Under the pieces are notes generated by a model. That model was given only the letters and a program-made list of their open reading frames with translations. It ran no database searches and had not been told where the DNA came from. A stretch of 50,683 nucleotides of DNA from Actinomycetota bacterium. Lineage in GTDB: Bacteria; Actinomycetota; Acidimicrobiia; Spongiisociales; ZC4RG35. This document shows, piece after piece, positions 7,785 to 15,746 of the stretch (position 1 is its first letter; each line of letters begins with the position of its first letter). A program made the translations under genes and the position numbers. The DNA lies in contig DAIOGO010000001.1 of the NCBI GenBank assembly GCA_036745195.1, positions 40,252-90,934 of the forward strand, in the 5' to 3' direction.

Positions 7785-8774
7785 TTGTGCTTCGATAGAG
7801 CTGTGCGGCTCTATCGATTGGACGATTCTGGCGAGCCGGTCCGGGACATCCAGGACCGGCTCGTCGCGTTGGGGTACGAAGTCACCGATCCCACCGGCGA
7901 GTTCGGTCCGTCGACCCTCGCCGCCGTCACCACCTTTCAGCGCGATCGAGGGCTCGCAGTGGACGGCATCGTCGGTCCCGACACCTGGCGAGTCCTGTAC
8001 GAGGCCGGCTACCGCCTAGGCGACCGGCTGCTGTTCCTACGCCGGCCCATGTTTCGGGGAGACGATGTCGGCGAGCTCCAGGCACGGCTCAACAACCTCG
8101 GGTTCGATGTCGGAAAACCGGATGGGATCTACGGCCCCAACACCGCTCGAGCAGTGGGCGCCTTTCAGCGGGACCGGGGCTTGCCCGAGGACGGGATCGC
8201 CGGGCCCGAGGTCATCACCGAGTTGCGGCTGGTCACCCGGGGGGCGATCGGGACCGGGCGCGAAGCGGTTCGCGAGAAGGAGTGGCTGCGGTCGCTCCCC
8301 GCCACATCCGTCGGGACCAGGGTCTACTTCGATCCGGCCGGGGGCTCCCCGCAGGAGGCAGCGGCCGCCTGGGCGGCCTGTAGCGCCGCCGCCCTCGCCT
8401 TTCAGGATCGTGGTGGCCTTCCCCTCATCTCTCGATCGGCCGACATCGTCACCCCCGAACGGGTCAGGGCCCGTCGTGCCAACCGGCTGGGGGCCGAACT
8501 GATCGTCGGCTTCCAGCGGCCCGATCAGACCGGCGATTGCGTCTATTTCTTCGAGACGCCCACCACCCGCAGCGAGGCAGGGGTCCGGCTGGCCTCGGCC
8601 ATCGCCGCCCGGCTCGGCATCCCGGCAGAAGGTCGCGCCACCCCCCTCCTCCGCGAAACCAGGGCGGTGGCGGTGATCATCTCGCTCGCCGATTTGGGGG
8701 AACCCACCGGGGTCCCGACGGTCGACGCCATTGACGACTTCTTCCGCGGGCTTCAGACGAAGAACAGGCGATAG
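7785..8774 (+). CDS. cwlM: CwlM-like protein: two PG_binding_1 repeats plus amidase_3-like domain with degenerate active site
   Basis: Two peptidoglycan-binding repeats (FQRDRGLAVDGIVGPDTW and FQRDRGLPEDGIAGPEV), then an amidase_3-like domain starting RVYFDPAGGS where active amidases have DPGHGG. Its position after trxB-trxA matches Mycobacterium. The start is uncertain (TTG 7785 or GTG 7803). The 3' end overlaps convergent parB by 22 nt. Confidence 0.8.
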   Translation: MCFDRAVRLYRLDDSGEPVRDIQDRLVALGYEVTDPTGEFGPSTLAAVTTFQRDRGLAVDGIVGPDTWRVLYEAGYRLGDRLLFLRRPMFRGDDVGELQARLNNLGFDVGKPDGIYGPNTARAVGAFQRDRGLPEDGIAGPEVITELRLVTRGAIGTGREAVREKEWLRSLPATSVGTRVYFDPAGGSPQEAAAAWAACSAAALAFQDRGGLPLISRSADIVTPERVRARRANRLGAELIVGFQRPDQTGDCVYFFETPTTRSEAGVRLASAIAARLGIPAEGRATPLLRETRAVAVIISLADLGEPTGVPTVDAIDDFFRGLQTKNRR

Positions 8775-9613
8775 AGCCTCTCCAGTTCCTCCAGCGACTT
8801 GAACGGGATTTCCACCCTCCCCTTCTTGCTCTTGTACCGGATCGACACCTTGGTCCCGAATCGATCCGCCAACCGCTGCTCGAGTTCGATGATCTCCACC
8901 GGTCGCACCTCGCGCAGCACCGCCGGCTTGTCGGGTGGGGCCTCCTTGCGGATTCTGACGGCTTCTTCGACCTGACGGACGCTCCAGCCCTCCTCCGCCG
9001 CTTTGGCGGCGATGTGTTCGGCGTACTTGCGGTCCCCGATCGCCAGCAGGGCCCGGGCGTGGCCGACGGACAACTCGCCGCGCTCCAGCATCCCCTGGAT
9101 CGATGCCGGAAGCTGCAACAGCCGGATCATGTTGGTGATGGCCGAGCGGCTCTTTCCGACTTGCGCCCCCACCTCCTCGTGGGTCATGCCAAAATCTTCC
9201 AGGAGCTGCTGGTAGGCGGCTGCCTCCTCCAGCGGACTGAGGTCCTCCCGCTGGACGTTCTCGATCAACGCTTCGGTCAACGATCCCCGATTGTCGACGG
9301 TGCGAATGACAGCCGGGACGGTCTCCAGCCCCAACCGTTTCGCCGCCCTCACCCGCCGCTCCCCGGCGATGAGCACGAATCCCCCATCGTCCTCCCGCAT
9401 CACCGCCACCGGCTGGAGGATCCCGACCGCCTGGATCGATTCGGCGAGCGAGGCGATCGCCTCGTCCGAGAACCGGGCCCGCGGCTGGTTCGGGTTGGGT
9501 TTGATCGAGTCGACCCTGACCTCGGCGAAATCGAGCCGATCCGGTTCCGAATGCACCGGAATCAGGGCATCGAGTCCACGACCCAGCCCACTTCTTCGTG
9601 TCGTCATGTTCAA
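8753..9613 (-). CDS. parB: Chromosome partitioning protein ParB
   Basis: GLGRGLDALIP N-terminus, ParB box GERRVRAAKRLG, HTH (GMTHEEVGAQVGKSRSAITNMIRLL). Overlaps the parA stop by 4 nt. Confidence 0.95.
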   Translation of the reverse strand: MNMTTRRSGLGRGLDALIPVHSEPDRLDFAEVRVDSIKPNPNQPRARFSDEAIASLAESIQAVGILQPVAVMREDDGGFVLIAGERRVRAAKRLGLETVPAVIRTVDNRGSLTEALIENVQREDLSPLEEAAAYQQLLEDFGMTHEEVGAQVGKSRSAITNMIRLLQLPASIQGMLERGELSVGHARALLAIGDRKYAEHIAAKAAEEGWSVRQVEEAVRIRKEAPPDKPAVLREVRPVEIIELEQRLADRFGTKVSIRYKSKKGRVEIPFKSLEELERLYRLFFV

Positions 9614-10386
9614 CCCTCTCGTCCGTGCCGGCGACGAAACTCGCGCGCCAGCTCCCGATAGGCAATGGCTCCCCGACTCATGTTGTCGAACGTCTCGATG
9701 GGCTCGCCGAAGGATGGGGCCTCCGAGAGACGCACCGAGCGCGGAATCACCGTCCGGTAGGCCGCATCACCAAAGTGCCGCCGGACCTGTTCCATGACGT
9801 CCTTGGCCAGTTTGGTTCGAGCGTCGAACATCGTGAGGACCGCGCCCCCGATCTCCAGGTTCGGATTGAGAGAATTCTTGATCAGGTCGATGTTGCGCAT
9901 CAACTGAGACAGCCCTTCCAGTGCGTAGTACTCGCACTGGATCGGGATCATCACCTCATCGGCGGCGGCGAGTGCGTTGACCGTCAACAGCCCCAGGGAC
10001 GGGGGACAGTCGACCACGATGAATTCGTAGTCCTCGAGCACCGGCTTGAGCGCCATTCGCAGCCGCTGTTCTCGGGAGAACACCGACACGAGCTCGATTT
10101 CCGCTCCGGCCAGGTCGATCGTCGCCGGGACGAGGAAGAGATCACGCACCGAGGTTGGCTCGATCGCGTCCTCCATCGCCAACTCCTTCAAAAGTACGTC
10201 ATAGATCGATCGAGTGATGTTCTTGCGCTCGACCCCGACCCCGGATGAGGCGTTCCCCTGCGGGTCGAGGTCGACCAGCAACACCCGTTCGCCCTGCAGG
10301 GCAAGGCCGGCCGACAGATTGATCGCGGTGGTGGATTTGCCGACCCCACCCTTCTGATTTGTAATGGTGACCACGGTGGCGGTCAT
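9610..10386 (-). CDS. parA: Chromosome partitioning ATPase ParA/Soj
   Basis: Deviant Walker A NQKGGVGKSTTAINL, and Walker B FIVVDCPPSLG. Confidence 0.95.
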   Translation of the reverse strand: MTATVVTITNQKGGVGKSTTAINLSAGLALQGERVLLVDLDPQGNASSGVGVERKNITRSIYDVLLKELAMEDAIEPTSVRDLFLVPATIDLAGAEIELVSVFSREQRLRMALKPVLEDYEFIVVDCPPSLGLLTVNALAAADEVMIPIQCEYYALEGLSQLMRNIDLIKNSLNPNLEIGGAVLTMFDARTKLAKDVMEQVRRHFGDAAYRTVIPRSVRLSEAPSFGEPIETFDNMSRGAIAYRELAREFRRRHGREG

Positions 10387-10402
10387 TGATACCTCTTCTC
10401 TC

Positions 10403-10942
10403 CTAGCGGTCCATCATAAGGACCCAGGACACCGGTTCAAGGATCCCCACCCCGACCTCCCTGGTCGAGAATCCCGGGACCGACAATTCTGCCACCCGTG
10501 AGCCGAGAACCACTCCATACCCACCGGGTGCGACCAGTCGATGCAGAGATTGGAGAACCCGGCCGGGTGCGGCGAGACCGCGAGCCACCACCACGTCGAA
10601 GATGCCCTCGAGATCATTGACATCTCCCTGCATCACGGTCACGTTGGGCAATCCCAACACCCGGGTGGCACGCTTCAACAGCCGGCAACGCGCCCCGGAT
10701 CGGTCAAACAACGTCACCGTCGCGCTCGGATAGAGGATCGCCAATGGAATCCCGGGCAACCCTACCCCGGACCCGAGATCGGCGATCGAGGAGGGTCGGA
10801 GTGGATGCCAACATTCGGCCACCGCCAGCGAGTCTGCGAGGTGCCGATTGTCGAGACGATCGGCTTCCTCCGGTCCCAACCCGCCTGCCGCTGCAGCTTC
10901 TGAGGTCAACCAGTCCCCGTACTGGCCGATCGCACTAGCCAT
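10403..10942 (-). CDS. rsmG: 16S rRNA (guanine527-N7)-methyltransferase RsmG (GidB)
   Basis: HLADSL, SAM motif IADLGSGVGLPGIPLAI, position between jag and parA. ATG 10942 has a GGAGGG SD 9 nt upstream. The ORF-track GTG at 11002 (no SD) is the alternative and would fit the usual N-terminal length better. Confidence 0.85.
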   Translation of the reverse strand: MASAIGQYGDWLTSEAAAAGGLGPEEADRLDNRHLADSLAVAECWHPLRPSSIADLGSGVGLPGIPLAILYPSATVTLFDRSGARCRLLKRATRVLGLPNVTVMQGDVNDLEGIFDVVVARGLAAPGRVLQSLHRLVAPGGYGVVLGSRVAELSVPGFSTREVGVGILEPVSWVLMMDR

Positions 10943-11028
10943 CTCGGTCGTCCCTCCTAGCCGGAGGATCATCTGTGTGCTGAGCGGAAACAGTTCGTCC
11001 ACAGTGGAGAGGGTAGACAGGAGTTACA

Positions 11029-11044
11029 CGTTTCACGTGAAACT
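11029..11044. promoter_or_regulatory. parS centromere site 1
   Basis: CGTTTCACGTGAAACT contains the perfect palindromic 14-mer GTTTCACGTGAAAC of the parS consensus tGTTTCACGTGAAACa. Confidence 0.9.
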
Positions 11045-11081
11045 TCTGGCGGTGGGTCCTGGCCGCGCGTTCGGGGGTCAC

Positions 11082-11097
11082 CGTTTCACGTGAAACT
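11082..11097. promoter_or_regulatory. parS centromere site 2
   Basis: Identical 16-mer CGTTTCACGTGAAACT, 53 bp from site 1, in the jag-rsmG intergenic region upstream of the rsmG-parA-parB operon. Confidence 0.9.
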
Positions 11098-11140
11098 CCG
11101 ATCCGTGGAGGACCGCAACCACCAGTTGGCTGCGCAAGCA

Positions 11141-11168
11141 GAAGGGGCGCCCGTCGGGGCGCCCCTTC
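11141..11168 (-). terminator. GC-rich hairpin downstream of jag (candidate terminator)
   Basis: GAAGGGGCGCCC-gtcg-GGGCGCCCCTTC forms a perfect 12-bp stem 23 nt after the jag stop. A T-tract (TTGTTT) is present only on the plus-strand side, so intrinsic termination for the minus-strand transcript is uncertain. Confidence 0.45.
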
Positions 11169-11191
11169 TTGTTTGAGTCTCGAGCGAACCG

Positions 11192-12106
11192 TCACTCCTC
11201 TTCGGAGCCGGCGCTCTCCTCCTCCGCCGGCGCTTCTACCGCCTCCGCCGCAGCCGCCACCGGAGCAATCGCCGAGATCACCACGTATCTGCGCGGTGAT
11301 TCGCCCTCCGAGTACGACCGGACGCCTTCGTGGCTCCCGACGGCGTCATGGATCACCTTGCGATCCGCCGCACTCATCGGCTCCAATACGACCTCTCCGC
11401 CCTCGCTCAACACCTGGGCGATCAACTGATTGGCGTAGATGCCCAGCGCTTGCCGCCGACGGTCGGCATGACCAGCGATGTCGAGTCTGACCCTGGCGCC
11501 GGCGTCGGTCCGGCGCAGAATGACGGTCTTGGTGATCTCGTGGATGGCCTCGATGACCGAACCGCGGGGTCCGACCATCGCCTCGGTCTGATCACCCACC
11601 ACGTTTGCGACGATCGTCTCCTCCTCGATCGTGACTTCGACGGTGCCGTCCAAGCCGAACGCCCCCACCAGGCCCTCGAGAAACTCGCGAACCACATCTG
11701 CCTGTTCCTGGGTAGGCGCCGCCTGCTCCATTGATCTCTCCCTCCGGTCATCACGCCGCCCACGCTCTTCCGGGCGCGGCTGAGCTGCACGTTCACGTTG
11801 TTGTCTGGGTTGCTCCCGCCGGTTGCTCTGCGGTCGCTGGTTCTGCTGGCGCGATTGGCGGGGCGCAACCTCGGTCTGCCCATCCGATCCGGATTCGCCG
11901 CCCTTCTTTCGCCGCCGGCGCTTTCGACCGGACGGTCGAGGCTTGATCCGCACGACGGCATCTTTGCCCCCGATACCGAGAAAGCCCTTCTCGCCTTCGC
12001 TCACGACCTCGACGATTGCCTGGTCGACATTCTCCAGACCGAGCTCTTTGAGCCCGAATTCGACGGCCACCGCCACCGTCTTGCCGCTGACTTCCACCCA
12101 TTCCAC
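11192..12106 (-). CDS. jag: Jag/KhpB-type RNA-binding protein (Jag_N, KH, R3H domains)
   Basis: The N-terminus MEWVEVSGKTVAVAVEFGLKELG is Jag_N. A basic low-complexity linker is followed by a KH-like region and R3H (LEPMSAADRKVIHDAV...VRSYSEGESPRRYVVI). Position after yidC. Confidence 0.9.
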   Translation of the reverse strand: MEWVEVSGKTVAVAVEFGLKELGLENVDQAIVEVVSEGEKGFLGIGGKDAVVRIKPRPSGRKRRRRKKGGESGSDGQTEVAPRQSRQQNQRPQSNRREQPRQQRERAAQPRPEERGRRDDRRERSMEQAAPTQEQADVVREFLEGLVGAFGLDGTVEVTIEEETIVANVVGDQTEAMVGPRGSVIEAIHEITKTVILRRTDAGARVRLDIAGHADRRRQALGIYANQLIAQVLSEGGEVVLEPMSAADRKVIHDAVGSHEGVRSYSEGESPRRYVVISAIAPVAAAAEAVEAPAEEESAGSEEE

Positions 12107-12109
12107 GGG

Positions 12110-12997
12110 TTATCTCCTCTTCCGCCGCTGCTGCTTCTTGGAGGACACCGGGTGGGGCTTCTTCGAGCCCTCCACCACCGGTGTCGTATCCTTCCCCTTT
12201 TCGACCGCCGCCATGCCGGGAGCGGGATGAGGCCGCCCGTCGATGGCGAAGATCGCGAACTGCTGGCCGAGACGGAACAAGTTCGACGTCGTCCAGTAGA
12301 GAACCAGGCCGGCAGGGAAGTTCCACGACACGAACCCCAGCATCACCGGCATGAATCGGGTGATGGCCTGTTGTGTCTGCTGCTGCTGGCGTTGCTGCGG
12401 TGTGAGATCCTGAGTGCTGGCATTGGAGCCCCGCTGGGCGTGCCACATCTGGAAGTACTGGGTGGCGATCATGAGAACGAGCATCAGCACGTACGGAATG
12501 GCGGTCACCACTGCCGACCTGATCCCGTTGCTCATGTTGAGGGAGAGGTCCATTCCCAGAAAACGTTGCGGGCCACCCCGGACTGCCGCCAGCAGGGCGG
12601 ATTCCGCCGGCAGGAACACGGCCTCGACGTCCTTTCCGGTGGAGATCTCAGAGACATTCTGGAGGACACGGAACAGCGCGAACCAGATCGGCATCTGCAC
12701 CAGAATCGGTAGCAGGCACCCCCCGGGAGTGGCTCCTGCCTCGCGCTGTGCCCGCATCAGCTCCTTCTGCATCTTCTCGGGTTCGTCCTTGAGTTCCTTC
12801 TGGATGCGTTTGATCTCCGGCGCCACTGCCTGAAAGGCCCTGGTCGAGCGGGTCTGCTTCAACGTCAAGGGGAACAGGAGGATGTTGATGGTGACGGTCA
12901 GCAGGATGATGGCCAACCCAAACGATGGTATGAGGTCGTAATAGAACGACAACAACCATCCAATCCCTTGTTCGATGTAGCGGAATAGCTGGCCCAC
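12110..12997 (-). CDS. yidC: Membrane protein insertase YidC (short actinobacterial form)
   Basis: Multi-TM 295-aa protein with conserved LLFPLTLKQTRS, MQKLQPE-like region (IKRIQKELKDEPEKMQKELMRA) and GCLPILVQMPIWFALF. Confidence 0.95.
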   Translation of the reverse strand: MGQLFRYIEQGIGWLLSFYYDLIPSFGLAIILLTVTINILLFPLTLKQTRSTRAFQAVAPEIKRIQKELKDEPEKMQKELMRAQREAGATPGGCLLPILVQMPIWFALFRVLQNVSEISTGKDVEAVFLPAESALLAAVRGGPQRFLGMDLSLNMSNGIRSAVVTAIPYVLMLVLMIATQYFQMWHAQRGSNASTQDLTPQQRQQQQTQQAITRFMPVMLGFVSWNFPAGLVLYWTTSNLFRLGQQFAIFAIDGRPHPAPGMAAVEKGKDTTPVVEGSKKPHPVSSKKQQRRKRR

Positions 12998-13001
12998 GAG
13001 T

Positions 13002-13256
13002 TCATGACCCCCATCGGGTAGGTACCGGATCGAAACCCGACGATCCGAATGGATGACATCTTCCCAGCCGGCGGATGGCGAGGATCCCGCCCCTGACGAT
13101 CCCGAAGCGACCCAACGCCTCGATCGCGTAGGACGAGCAGGAAGGGGAGAACCGGCAATTCCTTCCCAGCAGGGGACTGAGGACGAGTTGATAGAGCCGA
13201 ATCGGGACGGCGGCGATAACGCCCGTCAACCGCTTCTTCTCTCGATCCGTCGTCAT
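13002..13256 (-). CDS. yidD: Membrane protein insertion efficiency factor YidD
   Basis: YQLVLSPLLGRNCRFSPSCSSYAIEAL...GRCHPF signature. 84 aa. Overlaps the rnpA stop by 4 nt. Confidence 0.9.
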   Translation of the reverse strand: MTTDREKKRLTGVIAAVPIRLYQLVLSPLLGRNCRFSPSCSSYAIEALGRFGIVRGGILAIRRLGRCHPFGSSGFDPVPTRWGS

Positions 13257-13579
13257 CTTCCTGCTCCCTGGGCTCCGTAGGCCACCGCCGTCCGCAACCC
13301 TTCTACCATTTCCTGGAAGGCCACCTCGACCGCTCCAGGGCGGGCAATCACCACATAATCGAACCCGACCGCCAGTTCCAAGGCCGCCAGAGCGTGGCGG
13401 ATTCGGCGTCTGGCCCGGTTGCGGGCGACTGCACCACCTATTCGCCGACCGACGACCAGCCCAACCCGAACCGCCTGGAGGTCGTTGGGGTTGATGATGA
13501 TCGTCAGCGGTCCCCGATTGCGGCGGACACCGGAATCGAGGACCTTGGAGAAAGCTTGGCGGCCGCTGAGCGGAAGCAC
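13253..13579 (-). CDS. rnpA: Ribonuclease P protein component
   Basis: 108-aa basic protein with RVGLVVGRRIGGAVARNRARRRIR (RNR motif), located between rpmH and yidD. GTG start at 13579. Confidence 0.9.
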   Translation of the reverse strand: MLPLSGRQAFSKVLDSGVRRNRGPLTIIINPNDLQAVRVGLVVGRRIGGAVARNRARRRIRHALAALELAVGFDYVVIARPGAVEVAFQEMVEGLRTAVAYGAQGAGR

Positions 13580-13589
13580 CCGACCGCGG

Positions 13590-13724
13590 TCAGGCGGCGA
13601 GACGCTTGCGACCCTTGTCGCGCCGGGACTTCACGATGGCTCGTCCCGAGCGGGTCTGCATGCGGTGCCGAAAGCCGTGCTTGCGCTTGCGGCGTCGGAC
13701 TTTTGGCTGATAGGTACGTTTCAT
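13590..13724 (-). CDS. rpmH: 50S ribosomal protein L34
   Basis: Not in the ORF track (too short). The reverse complement of 13590-13724 translates to [44 protein letters not shown] (44 aa plus TGA), the canonical L34 sequence. Confidence 0.95.
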   Translation of the reverse strand: MKRTYQPKVRRRKRKHGFRHRMQTRSGRAIVKSRRDKGRKRLAA

Positions 13725-14095
13725 GAAGAGATCCAGATCTGGGGATTGACCGATGAAGGCTACGGACTCGGGTTCCTCTTTGTCAAAGCCTGAGCAGTCC
13801 GCGACAAATTGGGCAAGGACGCGAAAAGTCGATTATCGCCCTGAGCCGCCATTCTCCCGCTCGCCGGTCCATCGTCCTCGGCCTCCAGGTTCTGCTGAGC
13901 AGGCATTTCGCGCCCGATGACCCCCGCGGAACCGGGCTCCAAGTCAGGATTCCGCGCTCTTGACCGGCCCGCTCCGGTTGTTTTACGGTGCCCTCCACGA
14001 CCACTGCCCAGGTTGACACTTCCCTCCTGGCCCGGCGGTTGGACGCGCCCGTCGGTTCACCGGCGAGCGCCGGACGAGAACGGTTTTTCATGGCG

Positions 14096-14127
14096 TTGTC
14101 CACACTTGTGGATGGACATGTGGACAA
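14096..14127. promoter_or_regulatory. Cluster of three DnaA boxes immediately upstream of dnaA
   Basis: TTGTCCACA (14096-14104), TGTGGATGG (14107-14115, rc CCATCCACA) and TGTGGACAA (14119-14127, rc TTGTCCACA). Two are perfect matches to the actinobacterial DnaA-box consensus TTGTCCACA. The cluster lies 28 nt before the dnaA start region. Confidence 0.85.
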
Positions 14128-14154
14128 CGCGGCGGGTGGAGAGAGAGGAGACTC

Positions 14155-15534
14155 TTGGTGGTGGACGCGCAACACTTCGAAGGGGTCGATGCATCGGATC
14201 AATTCCAACGAACCCTCCGGGACAGCGCCAATCCCGCCACCTGGCAGACCTGGTTCTCGCGGCTCCGGATCGAGCGCCGGCCCGACGGGTACACGGTGGT
14301 CGCCCCCTCGGACTTCCACCTCCATTGGATCCTCGACAAACACCAGCAGTCGATCCAGGCAGCGTTTTCGACTGCCTACGGTCCTGATGCCGTCCTCCGC
14401 TTCGAGGCGGCCCTCGACGATCTCGAGATCGACGATCCCGATGTGGTCCGCAGCCCGGTCGATCCGGAGAAGGGTCACCAACCGGAGCTCCCGATGCAGC
14501 CGGAGCAACTGGCCCGCCTCATCAAGAAATACCGGTTCGAGTCTTTCGTCGTCGGTCAGTCGAATCGGTTCGCGCACGCGGCGGCGATGGCGGTGGGGGA
14601 GACGCCCGGCACCCGCTACAACCCGCTCTTCATCTACGGAGGCGCCGGGCTCGGCAAAACCCACCTGCTCCACGCCATCGGGCATCTCGCCCTCGAGCTC
14701 TACCCGGACCTCTCGGTCCGATACGTGTCCTCCGAGACCTTCTTCACCGAGTTCATCGACGGGATCCGCAAGAAGCGGATGGACGACTTCAAACAGCGGT
14801 ACCGAACCACCGACATCCTCCTCCTCGACGACATCCAGTTCTTCGAAGGCAAGGAACAGATGCTCGAGGAGTTCTTCCACACCTTCAACACCCTCTACGA
14901 GACGGGCAAGCAACTCGTGATCAGCTCGGACCGGGCGCCCCGCCACCTCTCCACACTGGAGGATCGGCTCAGGAGCCGCTTCGAGTGGGGGCTGATCACC
15001 GACATTCAGCCACCCGATGTCGAGACTCGCCTCGCCATCCTGAAGAGGAATGCCGAGTTCTGTCCTACCCCGGTGCCGGCCGACGTCCTCCATCACATCG
15101 CCACCCTCGTCTCGGACAACATCCGCGAGCTGGAGGGGACCCTCACCAGGGTCACGGCCTTTGCCTCGCTCACGGGTCAACACGTGACCCTCGACCTGGC
15201 CGAAACCGTGCTTCAGGATCTGCTCCCCGGCCAGTCCAAGCGCACGATCGACGGGCCCCGCATCCTCGACGAGGCTGCCTCCGACTTCGGCTTTGCGATC
15301 GAAGAGCTGCGCGGGCCCTCGCGCCGTCAGCCGCTGGTCCTCAGCCGTCAGATCGCCATGTACCTGTGCCGGGAGCTGACCGACCTGTCGCTGCCGCGGA
15401 TCGGGGACCTCTTCGGTGGTCGCGATCACACCACCGTGCTCCACGGTGTCGAGAAGATCCGCAAGCTCATGCAGACCGACCGGGCGGTCTATGACAAGGT
15501 CACCGAGCTCTCCCAACGGCTGAGGAAAACGTGA
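14155..15534 (+). CDS. dnaA: Chromosomal replication initiator protein DnaA
   Basis: AAA+ Walker A GGAGLGKTHLL, Walker B LLLDDIQF, sensor and box VII motifs, C-terminal DNA-binding signature IGDLFGGRDHTTVLHG. Start is TTG 14155 or in-frame GTG 14158/14161, after GAGAGGAG (14143-14150). Confidence 0.95.
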   Translation: MVVDAQHFEGVDASDQFQRTLRDSANPATWQTWFSRLRIERRPDGYTVVAPSDFHLHWILDKHQQSIQAAFSTAYGPDAVLRFEAALDDLEIDDPDVVRSPVDPEKGHQPELPMQPEQLARLIKKYRFESFVVGQSNRFAHAAAMAVGETPGTRYNPLFIYGGAGLGKTHLLHAIGHLALELYPDLSVRYVSSETFFTEFIDGIRKKRMDDFKQRYRTTDILLLDDIQFFEGKEQMLEEFFHTFNTLYETGKQLVISSDRAPRHLSTLEDRLRSRFEWGLITDIQPPDVETRLAILKRNAEFCPTPVPADVLHHIATLVSDNIRELEGTLTRVTAFASLTGQHVTLDLAETVLQDLLPGQSKRTIDGPRILDEAASDFGFAIEELRGPSRRQPLVLSRQIAMYLCRELTDLSLPRIGDLFGGRDHTTVLHGVEKIRKLMQTDRAVYDKVTELSQRLRKT

Positions 15535-15746
15535 GTAACTCCTGTGGATCATCCGGGAGTTACCCCCAGTCGCCGGCACCCCCCTGCCGGTGCCCTGTGA
15601 ACATCCTCCCGATCCTCCACAGCCTCGCCTCCGAGAATCCGGCGTAATTTCAACTCCCGAAGCGAATCGTCCACAATCCACACCACCTACTACTGCTACT
15701 TCTGATTTGATAGATAAGAAAGAAAGAAGAAGAAGGAAGGACAACT
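15535..15746. promoter_or_regulatory. Candidate oriC (dnaA-dnaN intergenic region with DnaA boxes and AT-rich unwinding tract)
   Basis: DnaA-box-like 9-mers share the core TCCACA: TGTGGATCA (15543-15551), TCCTCCACA (15613-15621), TCGTCCACA (15667-15675), CAATCCACA (15674-15682). They are followed by a strikingly AT/purine-rich tract, TCTGATTTGATAGATAAGAAAGAAAGAAGAAGAAGGAAGG (15701-15740). The location matches oriC in Mycobacterium and Streptomyces. Confidence 0.55.

Noticed and set aside
8037-9665. 542-aa minus-strand ORF spanning cwlM and parB
   Set aside because: It is out of frame with, or antisense to, two genes that have clear family motifs. The product is a Gly/Arg/Pro-rich nonsense sequence.
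10994-11003. Single DnaA-box-like TTCGTCCACA near the rsmG 5' end as evidence for an origin here
   Set aside because: It is an isolated box with no AT-rich tract. The clustered boxes flank dnaA instead, so it is only mentioned in the parS finding.
13783-15744. 653-aa ORF antisense to dnaA, plus 13988..14920 and 14985..15494 alternative frames
   Set aside because: dnaA in frame 14155..15534 has all AAA+ and DNA-binding signatures. The antisense ORF reflects a GC-driven absence of stop codons.
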